32,000 nt of DNA from an uncultured bacterium (GCA_963699255.1 OY969425.1:240001-272000); one strand, 5' to 3'; shown: positions 16,381-25,574, counted from the stretch's first letter. Numbers and translations are program-made. Notes: a model not told the origin generated them from the letters alone.

Positions 16381-16427
16381 GACCTGAAGCACGCGGATCA
16401 CTTTATTACAGGATAAAGGAGGAAACG

Positions 16428-17009
16428 TTGTCAAAGAAGGATATTGTTGAAATAAGATGGCACGGAAGGGGAGGTCAGGGCGCAAAGACCGCGGCGCTTC
16501 TTTTCGCGGATGCCGCCCTCTCCGAGGGAAAGTGTATACAGGCCTTTCCGGAATACGGTCCCGAGAGGATGGGTGCTCCGGTCCAGTCTTTCAACAGACT
16601 GTCCGATGAGCCGATAACGCTCCACTGCGCTATCAGCAATCCCATGTATGTTGTTGTCCTTGACCCGACGCTTATGGCTTCGGTTGACGTTCTCGCGGGC
16701 GTTCCGGATGACGGAAAGATAATCATCAACACGAGCAAGTCGCCGGAAGAGATCAGGGATGTCTTAAAGAACAAAAAGATCAAAATTTTCACTGTTGACG
16801 CTTCAAAAATAGCCATGGATACCATCGGCCGCAACATCCCTAACACTCCAATGCTTGGCGCAATGGCGAAGGCGACGGGGCTTCTTGATTTTGCAAGATT
16901 GATGAAGGACCTTGAGCAGAAGCTTAAAAAGAAATTCGCCTCAAAACAGGAAGTTATCGCGGGTAACCTGAACGCCGTAAAAAAGGCTTATGAAGAGGTC
17001 AGGTCGTAA
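16428..17009 (+). CDS. porC: 2-oxoacid (pyruvate-type):ferredoxin oxidoreductase gamma subunit
   Basis: SD aaggagg 5 nt before the TTG at 16428. N-terminus IRWHGRGGQGAKTAA is typical of gamma subunits. The longer track ORF (from 16275) overlaps the previous gene and is rejected. Confidence 0.85.
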   Translation: MSKKDIVEIRWHGRGGQGAKTAALLFADAALSEGKCIQAFPEYGPERMGAPVQSFNRLSDEPITLHCAISNPMYVVVLDPTLMASVDVLAGVPDDGKIIINTSKSPEEIRDVLKNKKIKIFTVDASKIAMDTIGRNIPNTPMLGAMAKATGLLDFARLMKDLEQKLKKKFASKQEVIAGNLNAVKKAYEEVRS

Positions 17010-17010
17010 A

Positions 17011-17307
17011 ATGGCTAAACTGATGAACTGGAAGGAAATGAAAAAAGGCGATGTGCTGGAAGCAGGCACCGCGGAACAATTTGAGACGGGGGACTGGAGA
17101 AGTTCCCGTCCGGTCTGGCATCCCGATATATGCATCCAGTGCCTTTTTTGCTGGATCCATTGTCCCGACTCTTCGGTTACCGTTGACAAGGCAACATCAA
17201 AAATGACGGGATTCGATTACAAACACTGCAAAGGCTGCGGGATATGCGCGCAGGTTTGTCCCGTAAAGCCGAATAAGGCGATCACCATGGAAAATGAGGC
17301 GAAATAA
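17011..17307 (+). CDS. porD: 2-oxoacid:ferredoxin oxidoreductase delta subunit (2x[4Fe-4S] ferredoxin)
   Basis: Two cluster motifs, CIQCLFCWIHCP and CKGCGICAQVCP. The ATG is 1 nt after the porC stop. Confidence 0.85.
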   Translation: MAKLMNWKEMKKGDVLEAGTAEQFETGDWRSSRPVWHPDICIQCLFCWIHCPDSSVTVDKATSKMTGFDYKHCKGCGICAQVCPVKPNKAITMENEAK

Positions 17308-17308
17308 T

Positions 17309-18490
17309 ATGGCAATAGTTGCGAAAACGGGGAATGAAGCTATGGCGGAGGCGCTGCGTCAGATCAATCCTGATGTCGTCGCGGCATATCCGATAACTCC
17401 CGCCACTGAAATAGCGATGATATTCGCGCAGTTCGTAGCCGACGGTGATGTTGACACGGAATTTGTTGCCGTGGAATCAGAGCATTCCGCTATGAGCGCG
17501 ACCCTGGGTGCGGCTGCTGCCGGGGTGAGGGCGATGACGGCCACATCTTCACAGGGACTCGCATTAATGTATGAAATACTGCCGATCGCATCCGCGCTGA
17601 GACTTCCGATAGTCATGCCGGAGGTGAACAGAACGATATCAGGCCCGATCAACATTCACTGCGACCACAGCGATACGATGGCGGCCAAGGATTTCGGCTG
17701 GCTACATATCTTTTCAGAGAACGCGCAGGAAGCGTACGACAATATCCTTCAGGCGGTAAAGATCGCCGAGGATGCAAGGGTAAGGCTTCCCGCAATGGTC
17801 ACCACGGACGGGTTCATAATAAGCCACTGCATGGAACAGATCGAAACGATCGATGACGACAAGGCAAAAGCTTATATCGGAGAATACAAGCCGGAGTATT
17901 CGGTCCTCGATATTAATAATCCCATATCGGTCGGATCGCTTGATCTCCAGGACTATTACTTTGAGCATAAGTACGCGGTGGCCCAAGCCATGAGAGCGGC
18001 AAAAGACGTTATTCTAGAAGTCGGCAGGGATTTCAGCAAGAGGTTCGGCAGGCCGTATGGCTTGTTCGAGGAGTACAGATTAGATGATGCGGACATCGCG
18101 ATCGTTGCGCTTGGTTCGACCGCTGGAACGGCAAAAGCCGTCGTTGACAGTCTAAGGGACAGGAACGTAAAAGCGGGGCTTCTTAAACCTCGCGTTTTCA
18201 GGCCGTTCCCTTACGCTGAGATGGCGAACGCGCTTTCTAAGGTAAAGGCGGTCGCGGTCTTTGACAGAAGCGATTCCTTAAGTTCTGCGGGAGGGCCTCT
18301 GTTCACCGAGATAAGGTCGGCGCTCTATGATTCCGCGGTCAGGCCTAAGCTTGTCAATTATATATACGGCCTGGGCGGAAGGGATATTTCAAAGGAAGAG
18401 ATCGAAGGCGTGTATCATGAACTTGAAGAGATAGTCAAAACAGGGAACATCAAGAACGCATATAAATATTTAGGAGTGAGGGGTCTGTAA
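17309..18490 (+). CDS. porA: 2-oxoacid:ferredoxin oxidoreductase alpha subunit
   Basis: N-terminus GNEAMAEA...AAYPITPATEI and about 390 aa, typical of PorA/VorA. The ATG is 1 nt after the porD stop. Confidence 0.9.
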   Translation: MAIVAKTGNEAMAEALRQINPDVVAAYPITPATEIAMIFAQFVADGDVDTEFVAVESEHSAMSATLGAAAAGVRAMTATSSQGLALMYEILPIASALRLPIVMPEVNRTISGPINIHCDHSDTMAAKDFGWLHIFSENAQEAYDNILQAVKIAEDARVRLPAMVTTDGFIISHCMEQIETIDDDKAKAYIGEYKPEYSVLDINNPISVGSLDLQDYYFEHKYAVAQAMRAAKDVILEVGRDFSKRFGRPYGLFEEYRLDDADIAIVALGSTAGTAKAVVDSLRDRNVKAGLLKPRVFRPFPYAEMANALSKVKAVAVFDRSDSLSSAGGPLFTEIRSALYDSAVRPKLVNYIYGLGGRDISKEEIEGVYHELEEIVKTGNIKNAYKYLGVRGL

Positions 18491-19419
18491 TGGCAAACAT
18501 AAAGGAAATGGCAAAACAGGAAGAGAGATTGACCGGCGGGCACCGCGCCTGCGCGGGATGCGGCATCCCGATAATCGTTCGCCAGGTAATGCATTCCATA
18601 AAGGATCCCGTGGTGGTCGTCTCCGCTACGGGCTGCCTTGAGGTCGTCACAACGATCTATCCATATACGGCGTGGAATGTCCCGTTCCTGCATAATGCTT
18701 TCGAGAACGCCGCTGCCACGGCCTCCGGAGTGGAATCTGCTTATCGGGCCTTAAAGAAAAAAGGAAAGATCGACAAGGAGATCAAATTCGTGGCTTTCGG
18801 CGGTGATGGCGGGACCTATGATATAGGTTTTCAATCCCTCTCGGGAGCAATGGAGAGAGGGCACGATATGCTTTACATCTGTTACGACAACGAAGCATAC
18901 ATGAACACTGGCGTTCAGAGGTCAAGCGCTACTCCCTATGGCGCGAACACTACAACGGCTCCCGCGGGAAAGAAAAAACAGGGCAAGGAGCAATTCAGAA
19001 AGGACCTGACGGAATGCATGATAGCCCATCACATTCCTTATGTCGCCCAGGCTGCCGTCGGGAACTGGATGGACCTGACAAAAAAAGTGGAAAAGGCGAT
19101 GACGATAAAGGGGCCAAAATTCATGGCAGTTCTTCAGCCCTGCCAGCTTGGCTGGGGATATCCGATGAAAGACACGGTGGAAATGGGTAAACTGGCCGTA
19201 GAAACATGTTTCTGGCCTCTTTATGAAGTTGAGAATGGTGTTTACAAACTGAGTTATAAGCCGAAAGAGAAAAAACCAGTAGCGGAGTGGCTTAAGCTCC
19301 AGACCAGGTTCAAACATCTTTTTAAGCCCGGGAACGAAAAGATACTCGAGGCCATTCAAGCGAACGTAGATAAGAACTGGAATGATCTGCTGAAAAAATG
19401 CGAGGCCGCCTCGACCTAG
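18490..19419 (+). CDS. porB: 2-oxoacid:ferredoxin oxidoreductase beta subunit (TPP-binding)
   Basis: CAGCG near the N-terminus, TPP motif GGDGGTYDIG...YDNEAYMNTG. TAATG overlap with porA. Confidence 0.9.
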   Translation: MANIKEMAKQEERLTGGHRACAGCGIPIIVRQVMHSIKDPVVVVSATGCLEVVTTIYPYTAWNVPFLHNAFENAAATASGVESAYRALKKKGKIDKEIKFVAFGGDGGTYDIGFQSLSGAMERGHDMLYICYDNEAYMNTGVQRSSATPYGANTTTAPAGKKKQGKEQFRKDLTECMIAHHIPYVAQAAVGNWMDLTKKVEKAMTIKGPKFMAVLQPCQLGWGYPMKDTVEMGKLAVETCFWPLYEVENGVYKLSYKPKEKKPVAEWLKLQTRFKHLFKPGNEKILEAIQANVDKNWNDLLKKCEAAST

Positions 19420-19471
19420 GGTCGGGGGACAAAAGTCGCGCCTGAGGCGGACCAAAAGGAGGTGGAACTCA

Positions 19472-19759
19472 ATGAACCAGAAACAATTAGCGGACAGGGT
19501 TGTAGCCAGGTTAGCTGACAGCAAGGTCAAGAAGGTAATGGTTGAGAAGATACTTGAAGGATCGCTGGATGTTATCACGGAAGCAATGGCTAAAGGAGAT
19601 AAGGTCAGACTTGTGGGTTTCGGTAATTTTTTGGTAAGGACAAGAGCTTCAAGAGTGGGAAGGAACCCGCAAACGGGAGAACAGATCAATATACCCGAAT
19701 CAAAGTCCCCTGCATTCGTGCCCGGAATAAATTTAAAGAAGGCAATTAAAGGAAAATAA
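19472..19759 (+). CDS. hup: DNA-binding protein HU
   Basis: SD aaggagg upstream. GFGNF..R.R..R.GRNPQTGE.I.IP...P.F.PG arm motif. Confidence 0.9.
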   Translation: MNQKQLADRVVARLADSKVKKVMVEKILEGSLDVITEAMAKGDKVRLVGFGNFLVRTRASRVGRNPQTGEQINIPESKSPAFVPGINLKKAIKGK

Positions 19760-19763
19760 ATCA

Positions 19764-21338
19764 ATGGCCAGACGACAGAAAAGTCAGTCCCTGAAAGGCG
19801 ACTCTTCAGGGCAAATCTTTGATGACTTAGGCCTTCTGCTAGAAGTTTTACCCCCCAGGATTAAAACAGCCATTGAAGGGAAACCAAATTTACCTGAAAT
19901 GATCGAGGTCGTTCTTGATCTTGGAAAGTCCCCCGAAGTAAGATTTTCCCAGCTTGACGTAAGCGGCGGCAAGGTTGTCTATGTGGATGGTCCTTTGACC
20001 AGCTACGATGATATACAATTTATTACCAGCAAAGTCGGGGAATTCACCTCGGATAACAGGGCCGGCATAGAGAGGACACTTCACAGGATATCCGCGATAA
20101 GGAACAGACACGGAAAGATCATCGGGCTAACGCTTCGCGTTGGCCGGGCGATCTTCGGCACTATCGATATCATCCGGGATATCATCGAATCGGGCAAGAA
20201 CATATTGTTCATGGGGCCTCCCGGTATCGGCAAGACAACAAAACTGAGGGAAGCGGCGAGAGTGCTTTCCGATGACTTTGACAAGCGAGTCATTGTGGTC
20301 GACACTTCAAATGAAATAGGCGGTGACGGCGACATTCCTCATCCGGGAATAGGCCGCGCCCGAAGGATGCAGGTCTCTTCTCCGGACAAGCAGCATGCGG
20401 TAATGATCGAAGCGGTCGAGAACCACATGCCGGAAGTGATTATTGTTGATGAGATCGGGACCGAGGCGGAAGCTGCCGCGGCCAGAACTATCGCGGAGAG
20501 AGGCGTGCAGCTCATTGGTACCGCCCACGGCGTCATATTGGAGAACATCCTGAAAAATCCGACATTATCAGACCTTGTCGGAGGCATACAGACGGTCATT
20601 CTTGGTGATGAGGAAGCAAGAAGGCGTCATACCCAGAAGGCCGTGCTCGAGAGAAAAGCTCCGCCGACGTTCGATATAGCGATAGAGATAAGGGAAAAGG
20701 ATAAATTCGCGATCTATAAGGATGTCGCGTCAGCGATAGATAAGCTGTTGAGAGGCGCCACTCCTGAGCCTGAAATAAGGGTAAGGAATGCCGCCGGCAA
20801 GATCGAGATAAAGGAAGCTCCGAAAGAGATGCCGGAATTCACTCCTGAGGAAGAGAGACAGGCGGAGATCAAAAGGGAGAAGAAACTATTAAGTATCTAT
20901 CCTTTTGGCGTGCACAAGGGCCTGATCGAGAGGGCCGTAAGGTCCATGCAGATCCCGGCGGTGATAGCGGATAACATGGATGATGCGGATATCCTGCTTA
21001 CTGTAAAATCAAAAGCAAGGCCGGGGACCAAAATAATCGTCGCCGCGGAAGAGCGCAGGCTTCCTATCCATGTCATAAGAAAGAATGTTTCAAGTCAGAT
21101 CAATAAATTCCTCAAATATTATTTCAAAGTGGGCGGCACTGATGAGGCGGAAGATATCGCTATGAGAGAAGCGGAGGACGGCATAAGGCAGGTAATTAAC
21201 ACTAAAAAGTCCATCGACCTCAGCCCTCAGAACTCATACATCAGAAGGCGTCAGCATCAGCTGGTGGAGGAGAAAAGATTAAGATCGGAAAGCGTCGGAG
21301 AAGAACCAAAAAGAAGGCTAAGGATCTATCCCGCGTAA
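19764..21338 (+). CDS. SpoIIIAA-like AAA ATPase with C-terminal R3H domain (Ycf45 family)
   Basis: Walker A GPPGIGKTT, Walker B IIVDEIG, GTAHG motif. The C-terminus RRRQHQLVEE...GEEPKRRLRIYP matches the R-x3-H single-stranded nucleic-acid-binding fold. Confidence 0.8.
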   Translation: MARRQKSQSLKGDSSGQIFDDLGLLLEVLPPRIKTAIEGKPNLPEMIEVVLDLGKSPEVRFSQLDVSGGKVVYVDGPLTSYDDIQFITSKVGEFTSDNRAGIERTLHRISAIRNRHGKIIGLTLRVGRAIFGTIDIIRDIIESGKNILFMGPPGIGKTTKLREAARVLSDDFDKRVIVVDTSNEIGGDGDIPHPGIGRARRMQVSSPDKQHAVMIEAVENHMPEVIIVDEIGTEAEAAAARTIAERGVQLIGTAHGVILENILKNPTLSDLVGGIQTVILGDEEARRRHTQKAVLERKAPPTFDIAIEIREKDKFAIYKDVASAIDKLLRGATPEPEIRVRNAAGKIEIKEAPKEMPEFTPEEERQAEIKREKKLLSIYPFGVHKGLIERAVRSMQIPAVIADNMDDADILLTVKSKARPGTKIIVAAEERRLPIHVIRKNVSSQINKFLKYYFKVGGTDEAEDIAMREAEDGIRQVINTKKSIDLSPQNSYIRRRQHQLVEEKRLRSESVGEEPKRRLRIYPA

Positions 21339-21359
21339 GAAGTCACACTGAAATCTATC

Positions 21360-22150
21360 TTATCCAACACCAATATCAATATAGCCGTCATTGGCACGTG
21401 TCAAAGTATGAGGGTGTTCAGAGTCTGTATCTTTTAAAAGTAAAAAAGAACCGGTATCTGAAAAACCCAGTATCCTGCTTCCGCCAAAATTCAAAACGGG
21501 GCGCGCCACATAATCTTTTGTGTCCGTGGTAATTTCAACTGTTAAGCCTGGGAAAAACAAGTTGTTATAAACAAAATTCTTAAGCAATCTTAAATTGGAT
21601 TTTCTCAAAAGCAGCTGCGAGGCTCCTATGTATTTTTTCGTGTCTCTTGATGAATGGTTGGCAAAAACAGTTCTGAGCTTAAAGCATATCTCCATTGCTC
21701 GGGAAAATTCTTCACCAGGGTCTCGTGGTCGGGAATTTTATTGGGCTCCCAGTTTTCCCAATCAGGCAATATTTTTCCATGCTCGATAGAAAGAATAAAA
21801 GGCGAGTTTGGACGATCATGAATGTCAGTAGTGTAGCTATAAGAAACATGTTGTACGCTGCCTTGCTCAAAAAGATCGATCACATTCTTTAAAAGAGGTT
21901 CCTGAGGGAGATAGCGTCTTTCCAAAGTGCGTTTAAGTAAAAAGAATTCTTTTGCATTTTTCTTGTATTGGAGTCCCTTGAACCGCCTGAAGCACAATTC
22001 CAAATCTTGAAATTTATGGGATATTTGGATTTTTGTTTCGCAGATATCCTGACGCTTTTGATTTTGCGGCACAACATTATTTCTGCACTTTATTTGATTT
22101 GCTATCCTGCAGTTTGTAATAATTTTTAGAGGCTCAATTTTTAGCGACAT
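21360..22150 (-). pseudogene. AT-rich orphan gene read as two overlapping ORFs (22150->21626 and 21695->21360). Either a frameshifted single gene of about 262 aa or a -1 recoded gene; no family recognised
   Basis: The two ORFs overlap by 70 nt in adjacent frames. One extra A in the A6 run (plus-strand T6 at 21633-21638) fuses ...HQETRK to KYIGASQLLL.... The locus is visibly more AT-rich than its flanks. Confidence 0.5.
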
Positions 22151-22351
22151 TTCTTCTCCTTGTTTTGCGATCCATATTGCTCTACAGCATTATCGACAAA
22201 TCCTTTCAATAATTTCACGGATCATCCCTATTATTTTAAGAAGCATTCGGGATATGGGCCCTTGAAGTAGTACAAATGGGGTAAACATGACCAATAAATT
22301 AGTGAAACCCGATCAAACCGATTTCCGGTTCTGGCTCTTATGGTGTTTATG

Positions 22352-22360
22352 TGCTAAAAT
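22352..22360 (+). promoter_or_regulatory. Extended -10 element (TGcTAAAAT) directly upstream of fhs
   Basis: tgctaaaat ends 11 nt before the fhs ATG (22372). There is no SD between them. Confidence 0.4.
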
Positions 22361-22371
22361 CTTAAAGTTTT

Positions 22372-24027
22372 ATGCTCACAGACATAGAAATAGCGCAAAA
22401 AGCGAAAATAAAACCTATACAGGAGATAGCCAAAAAAGCCGGTTTTCTTGCCTCGGAAGTCGAGCTTTACGGCAAGGATAAGGCAAAGATAAACTTATCC
22501 GCCCTAAAAAGAGTATCGAAGAGGAAGAACGGAAAGCTAATACTTGTGACCACAATAACCCCGACCCCCTGGGGCGAGGGAAAAACGACCACAACGATCG
22601 GTTTGGGACAAGCACTGGCAAAGATAGGTAAGAGGGCCTTTGTCTGCATAAGGGAGCCTTCCCTTGGGCCTGTAATGGGCGTTAAGGGCGGAGCTGCCGG
22701 AGGGGGCTATTCTCAGGTCCTTCCAATGGATGAAATAAACCTTCATTTTACCGGCGATATCCATATGGTCACAGCTGCTCATAATCTCCTTTCGGCTTTG
22801 ATAGATAATCACATTTTTCAGGGGAATGACCTTGGGTTGGATGCGGGCCGTATTGTGTGGCGAAGATGCATGGATATGAATGACAGGGCGCTCAGGAAAG
22901 TGACGATCGCATATAAAGGTGTGACAAGAACGGACGGATTCGACATCACTGCCGCTTCAGAGGTCATGGCAATATTGTGCCTTTCCAAGAACCTGACGGA
23001 TATGAAGGAACGACTTGGCAAAATAATTGTCGGATATGCTCAAAACGGCGATCCGGTCACCGCAAAGGACATGAAAGCCTCCGGAGCCATGGCGCTGCTG
23101 CTGAAAGAAGCTCTTAAACCGAACCTTGTTCAGACGATCGAGGGGGTTCCGGCATTCGTCCATGGGGGTCCATTTGCCAATATAGCCCATGGTTGTAACA
23201 GTATTGTGTCTACACTGCTGGCATTAAAGGTCTCAGATTACATTATAACCGAAGCCGGATTCGGTGCTGATTTAGGTGCTGAAAAGTTTTTTAACATAAA
23301 ATGCCGCTATGCGGGATTGACCCCCGACCTAGTAATCGTCACTTTGACCTGCAGGGCGCTAAAAAGGCAGGGTGGTGTGGCTAATGATGAGCTGTCAAAA
23401 AATAGCGTTGCAGCGGTAAAAAAAGGGCTTCCAAACCTCCAGAGACATATCGAGAGCTTGAAGTTATTCGGGGTGCCGATCATTGTATCGGTCAATTTGA
23501 GGTCAGAGGATTCAAAAGAGGAGGTAAGCGCGGTCCTTGATTACTGTAAGCAGAAGGGGATCGAGGCGGTCGTGTCCGATCTTTGGGGCAAAGGCGGGTT
23601 AGGCGGGGTGGCTCTGGCTAAAAAGTCGGTAGAAGCAGTAAAAAGAAGGCCAAAATTCCGGTATTTGTACGATCTGAACGCGTCGATAAGAGCGAAGATC
23701 GAGAAGATAGCCATGGATATATATGGTGCTGATAAGGTGGAATTTACACAAGAAGCCCTGAAAGAGCTTGAAAAAATGGAAAAAACCGAATATTCGAAGC
23801 TTCCGATATGCATGGCGAAAACCCAGTTCTCCCTTTCGGATAATCCGGAGTTGCTTGGAGCGCCAAAAAGATTTAATATTACCGTCAAGAGGCTTAAGGT
23901 TTCGGCTGGAGCCGGTTTTATAGTCGCTTATACCGGGGACATAGTGACAATGCCGGGACTTCCAAAGCATCCAGCCGCTGAAAACATGGATATTTCCGAA
24001 AGCGGCAAGATAAAGGGTCTGTTTTGA
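22372..24027 (+). CDS. fhs: Formate--tetrahydrofolate ligase
   Basis: N-terminus TDIEIAQKAK..., nucleotide-binding motif TPTPWGEGKTTTTIGL. About 550 aa, FTHFS-like throughout. Confidence 0.95.
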   Translation: MLTDIEIAQKAKIKPIQEIAKKAGFLASEVELYGKDKAKINLSALKRVSKRKNGKLILVTTITPTPWGEGKTTTTIGLGQALAKIGKRAFVCIREPSLGPVMGVKGGAAGGGYSQVLPMDEINLHFTGDIHMVTAAHNLLSALIDNHIFQGNDLGLDAGRIVWRRCMDMNDRALRKVTIAYKGVTRTDGFDITAASEVMAILCLSKNLTDMKERLGKIIVGYAQNGDPVTAKDMKASGAMALLLKEALKPNLVQTIEGVPAFVHGGPFANIAHGCNSIVSTLLALKVSDYIITEAGFGADLGAEKFFNIKCRYAGLTPDLVIVTLTCRALKRQGGVANDELSKNSVAAVKKGLPNLQRHIESLKLFGVPIIVSVNLRSEDSKEEVSAVLDYCKQKGIEAVVSDLWGKGGLGGVALAKKSVEAVKRRPKFRYLYDLNASIRAKIEKIAMDIYGADKVEFTQEALKELEKMEKTEYSKLPICMAKTQFSLSDNPELLGAPKRFNITVKRLKVSAGAGFIVAYTGDIVTMPGLPKHPAAENMDISESGKIKGLF

Positions 24028-24029
24028 TG

Positions 24030-24127
24030 TGTAGGACAGGGTTTATCCCTGCCCCGTAGAAATGCATAGCATTCTTACGGGGCCTGTCCGAATGAAAGCG
24101 CGGACAGCCACAAGGGCTGTCCCTACA
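24030..24127. repeat. 98-nt structured element with terminal inverted repeats (tgtaggacag ... ctgtccctaca) and three internal hairpins; MITE/REP-like
   Basis: Inverted ends at 24030-24039 and 24117-24127. Stems: caggg/ccctg (24037-24041 / 24047-24051), ccccgta/tacgggg (24052-24058 / 24076-24082), ggacagg/cctgtcc (24034-24040 / 24083-24089), ggacagcc/ggctgtcc (24102-24109 / 24115-24122). Confidence 0.6.
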
Positions 24128-24144
24128 AAATTGGAGGGAAGTTT

Positions 24145-24705
24145 TTGATAAATCAAAATAAAATAGAAAAAGCGATGAAAATGATACTTGAGGCGATCGG
24201 GGAGGATCCTAGACGTTCTGGCATCAGGGAAACCCCGGCCAGGGTCGCGAGGATGTATGCCGAACTTTTTTCCGGGTTACATAAGGATCCCGGAAAGGAA
24301 CTTAATGTTTTCCAAGAGGCGGATCACGAGGAAATGATAATAGTAAAGAACATACCTTTTTACTCCATGTGCGAGCATCATTTTGTGCCTTTTGTCGGTA
24401 AAGCTCACATCGTTTACATCCCCACAAAGGGCAGGGTCACTGGACTTTCGAAGCTGGTAAGGACTATCGAGGGCTTTGCCAAGCGTCCTCAGGTACAGGA
24501 GAGGCTTACAAGCCAGATCGCCGACACGCTGATGAACATTCTTAAGCCAAGGGGAGTGTTCGTGGTAATAGAGGCTGAACACCTCTGCATGTCAATGAGA
24601 GGGGTCAAGAAGCCGGGTTCGATCACCGTTACATCCGCGGTGAGAGGGATATTCAGGAAAAATCCCACTACAAAAGCCGAGGCACTTGCGCTCATAAAGA
24701 CTTAA
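24145..24705 (+). CDS. folE: GTP cyclohydrolase I (FolE type I)
   Basis: SD ggaggg 6 nt before the TTG start. [10 protein letters not shown], the zinc-site motif [10 protein letters not shown] and [12 protein letters not shown] motifs. Confidence 0.95.
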   Translation: MINQNKIEKAMKMILEAIGEDPRRSGIRETPARVARMYAELFSGLHKDPGKELNVFQEADHEEMIIVKNIPFYSMCEHHFVPFVGKAHIVYIPTKGRVTGLSKLVRTIEGFAKRPQVQERLTSQIADTLMNILKPRGVFVVIEAEHLCMSMRGVKKPGSITVTSAVRGIFRKNPTTKAEALALIKT

Positions 24706-24707
24706 GA

Positions 24708-25574
24708 ATGTCCCAAATTAACATCTTAAATATAGCCGACAAAGAATACCCCGAACTCTTGAAAAAGATATATGATCCTCCCAAGGTGCTTTACATTATG
24801 GGTGATGTGACCTCGTTAAGCGGCAAATGCCTGGCGATCGTCGGGACGCGCACAGCGACGGATTACGGGAAAAGGATCGCAAGGGAACTTGCGAAAGGAC
24901 TTGCTCAATGCGGAATTACGATTGTATCCGGGCTTGCGGAGGGGATAGATACCGAAGCGCATATTGGCGCGCTTGAAGCGGCCGGAAAGACGGTCGCGGT
25001 GTTCGGGTGCGGGATCGACATGATATTTCCTCCCAAAAATAAGGGACTCGCGGAAAAAATAGAAAAGAACGGCGCGCTGGTGTCCGAATATGGGCCCGGT
25101 ATTTTTGCGGCAAAATGGACGTTCCCGAGAAGGAACAGGATCATTTCGGGTCTCTCTCTCGGCGTTGTGATGGTGGAAGGGCACTGGGACAGCGGAGCAA
25201 TGATAACAGCAAAGCTTGCCCTGGACGAAGGAAGGGAGGTCTTTGCCGTACCCGGCAATGTCGAACTTGACCAGACAAAAGGGCCTCACTGGCTCATCAA
25301 GCAGGGAGCGAAACTGATAGAGAATGTTGACGATATTCTTGAAGAATTTGATATGGGACGTGTTGCCGGCGGGAAGACAAAAGAAGCGGATCATTCCCAG
25401 CTTTCGATCGAAGAAATAAAGATAATATCCTGTTTAACAAAGGAACCGAAACACATAGATGAAATATCCGCTCAGAGCAAGGTTTCCGCGCATGAAGCAC
25501 TTGGAACACTGTCGATTCTGGAGCTAAAAGGGCAGGTAAAACAGCTGCCGGGCAAGTATTTTATTATTTGTTAG
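24708..25574 (+). CDS. dprA: DNA-processing protein DprA
   Basis: Rossmann-like core with VGTRTAT..YG and SGLAEGIDTEAH motifs. C-terminal winged-helix DprA_WH-like tail. Confidence 0.9.
   Translation: MSQINILNIADKEYPELLKKIYDPPKVLYIMGDVTSLSGKCLAIVGTRTATDYGKRIARELAKGLAQCGITIVSGLAEGIDTEAHIGALEAAGKTVAVFGCGIDMIFPPKNKGLAEKIEKNGALVSEYGPGIFAAKWTFPRRNRIISGLSLGVVMVEGHWDSGAMITAKLALDEGREVFAVPGNVELDQTKGPHWLIKQGAKLIENVDDILEEFDMGRVAGGKTKEADHSQLSIEEIKIISCLTKEPKHIDEISAQSKVSAHEALGTLSILELKGQVKQLPGKYFIIC

Noticed and set aside
16275-16427. N-terminal extension of the POR gamma ORF
   Set aside because: The extension overlaps the 3' end of the preceding membrane-protein gene. A perfect SD precedes the internal TTG at 16428, which gives the canonical gamma-subunit N-terminus.
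18922-19764. 280-aa minus-strand ORF
   Set aside because: It is antisense to the strongly motif-supported porB and hup genes and has low-complexity, stop-free shadow-frame composition.
22151-22371. Possible ZTP (pfl-motif) or THF riboswitch in the fhs 5' region
   Set aside because: No CCGCCTGGGC-like pseudoknot segment, nor any other conserved core I know, is present. The best promoter candidate sits only 11 nt from the ATG, leaving no room for a leader.
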